Source of the DNA: Calcarisporiella thermophila CBS 279.70
Lineage: Eukaryota; Fungi; Calcarisporiellomycota
NCBI RefSeq assembly: GCF_041956535.1
Contig: NW_027192193.1
Location: forward strand, 112,366 to 176,365
DNA length: 64,000 nt
Direction of reading: 5' to 3'
Below, one piece after another: positions 62,255 to 64,000 of this stretch. Numbering within the stretch: the first letter of the stretch is position 1; every line of letters begins with the position of its first letter. The notes below the pieces were generated by a model. That model was not told the DNA's origin and searched no databases. It saw only the letters and a program-made list of their open reading frames with translations. Position numbers and translations under genes: made by a program.

Positions 62255-63825
62255 CATCTTTCTTTACATATCTACACTGTAATAAAAGATAATGGAACCG
62301 ATGAGTAAGGCCAATGGAATAAAGAGCAGTCTTCCCAACTCTGCCTGCCATAGTGCAGATTTTCTTGGGGGAGGGGATAAGAAGATTTTCAACGATTCAC
62401 CAAGAGATAGGAAACTCGACCGGATTCAATATCCCGATATGCCTCCTTGCGGGATGGCACAGGGACAGCATTCAAGCTTTCGTTCATGCACTGGTTTGGA
62501 CTAGGTAAAGCAGGCAATCTTTAGCAGAGGATTGCGTAAGCAAGCACCCCCTCTCGAACACCCCTCGTAGCACTATGCCATTTCCCGCTATCCCATTTCA
62601 CGAAGGTTAGATAAAAGGATCGGGCTACGTCAGCAGCCTTGAACAAATCGGAAAAGCGATTGGAGCATGGGTCCCTAGGACGCATATCAGAATGAGATCT
62701 TGCATGACCGATTGAGAAGGACAGCCGTCTGCAACCGTTCTAGATCAGGGATGTGGTGCCCGTCACCATTTCATATTGTTTTGTGTGTTTTTTCCTACGC
62801 AAAAACCCTAAAGGAATCCCCTATACCGGGCGTATGGGCAAGGGGGCTGGCTCCTGCATCTCTTCCCATGGCTGCACGCGCGTCATCATGAATAAATGGT
62901 TAGGGGGTGGGGGTGGGGAAGAGGATGCATAATGCCCCGAATCCAGTGGATGGTTTTTGCCAATATTTCATATGTTCCCAAATCCAGACGAGGACTTTCC
63001 GCTATCAGCCAGATCTGCGGGCTATTCCGGAAGAGTCTAGAGAGGGGAGGAGGAGGACGACGGATCGCACTAGCGCCAATTCAAGCGCAGGGGTGTGCTA
63101 ATGCAACCACGGGCCTAAAGTGAGGGCGAAGAAGGAATGTTCTGCGGGAAAGAGCCGGAGGGAAACGTCATCGCGAGCCGCCGTCATTTCGATCAAGGCC
63201 AGAGGAGAGGGGCGAATTTGCTAGGGCACAAATCGGAGCGCATGCTTGCCTACGAAAATGCACATATGAAACCACAAATGAAATTGGGCTCCTTTGGGGC
63301 CTCGGTTGCCACCAAAATCGGCCAAGCAAATGGGGCAAGGTTCTCTCCCAAGGCAAACTTTCACCTGCAAATTCACCTGACCGCTCTCTGCCCTCCAGCG
63401 CCATGCATCCTCGCCCGCCCCTCCTCTTTTATCACAAGGCGGCCCGTCCGCGTGGCGCAGGCGGGCCCCATTTTTCTCAGCTCCAGCATTGGGAGCAGGT
63501 TTGTATTCAAATAAGATTAGTTTGGTGACGGGGAATTTCCCTTTAAACTTTCCTTCCTACTGCTTCCCCCTCCTCCTCCGCCTCCTTCCTCCTCCTTCTC
63601 CTCCTCCTCTTCTCTCTCCCTCTCTCTCCCCCATCTCGCCCGCGTCCTCCTGATCACTCGCATTGTTAGAAATCCGCAAAAGACTTGATCCAAATCGTGC
63701 GCATTCTCCTCCCCTCCCATTCGGTCGTTTCCCCTGATCTCCCTCTCTCTCTTTTCATACACCATCATATACCATCAACTCATTGCTGCACTTTACCACT
63801 CTTGCTCTCTCCAAAACCCTCCACC

Positions 63826-64000
63826 ATGAACCCGCCAGACGCTGGCTTGGCTCCTGAAAAGCGGCGCAGCACGCTCTGGCAAAAAGGCGGGCAATTCTTC
63901 GCTCGTCGAGCCAATTCCCCCGCCCAAAACACCGGCGGCGAAAAATTAAATGCCGCCCATCTTCCGGCCTCCCCCACATCCTCAACCGATTCGCCCGTCC
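63826..64000 (+). CDS. 5' end of an unidentified protein (partial)
   Basis: CCACCATG Kozak context after a CT-rich leader; open frame MNPPDAGLAPEKRRSTLWQKGG... runs to the window edge. Confidence 0.55.
   Translation, partial: MNPPDAGLAPEKRRSTLWQKGGQFFARRANSPAQNTGGEKLNAAHLPASPTSSTDSPV

Overview
Gene-dense eukaryotic DNA from a fungus, most likely an early-diverging, Mucoromycota-like lineage. This is inferred from short GT-AG introns, fungal-specific MedA, WOPR and Mid1 genes, an animal/plant-like WTAP, and a U12-type intron. About 30 protein genes can be assembled from the ORF fragments once introns are accounted for. They include BFR2/AATF, a MedA-like regulator, verprolin, CDS1, two tandem GPI-type chitin deacetylases, a MIT-domain protein, Rab11, WTAP/Mum2, VPS71, an ABHD12/13-like hydrolase, cytosolic GluRS, WRAP53, LAMTOR1/Ego1, MID1, Gti1/Pac2, SPATA20, a degenerate SGNH-like protein, a PAP2 phosphatase, ARV1, FCF2 and proline dehydrogenase. 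There is also one tRNA-Gly(TCC) and a candidate H/ACA snoRNA. No transposon, CRISPR array or rRNA was recognised. The best candidate for an undescribed system is an AT-rich island (25.9-29.1 kb) with two intronless secreted pre-pro-proteins. One is a Kex2-processed repeat precursor of about 40-aa amphipathic peptides (Ece1/Rep1-like logic); the other has an acidic pro-piece, KR-AP-AP and a glycine-zipper domain. Other notable points are a minor-spliceosome intron in ARV1, a proline dehydrogenase lacking the specificity tyrosine and carrying an EF-hand, and a GluRS without the N-terminal GST-like domain but with a Lys-rich tail. All family assignments come from recalled motifs; no database searches were run, and exon boundaries were placed by eye.
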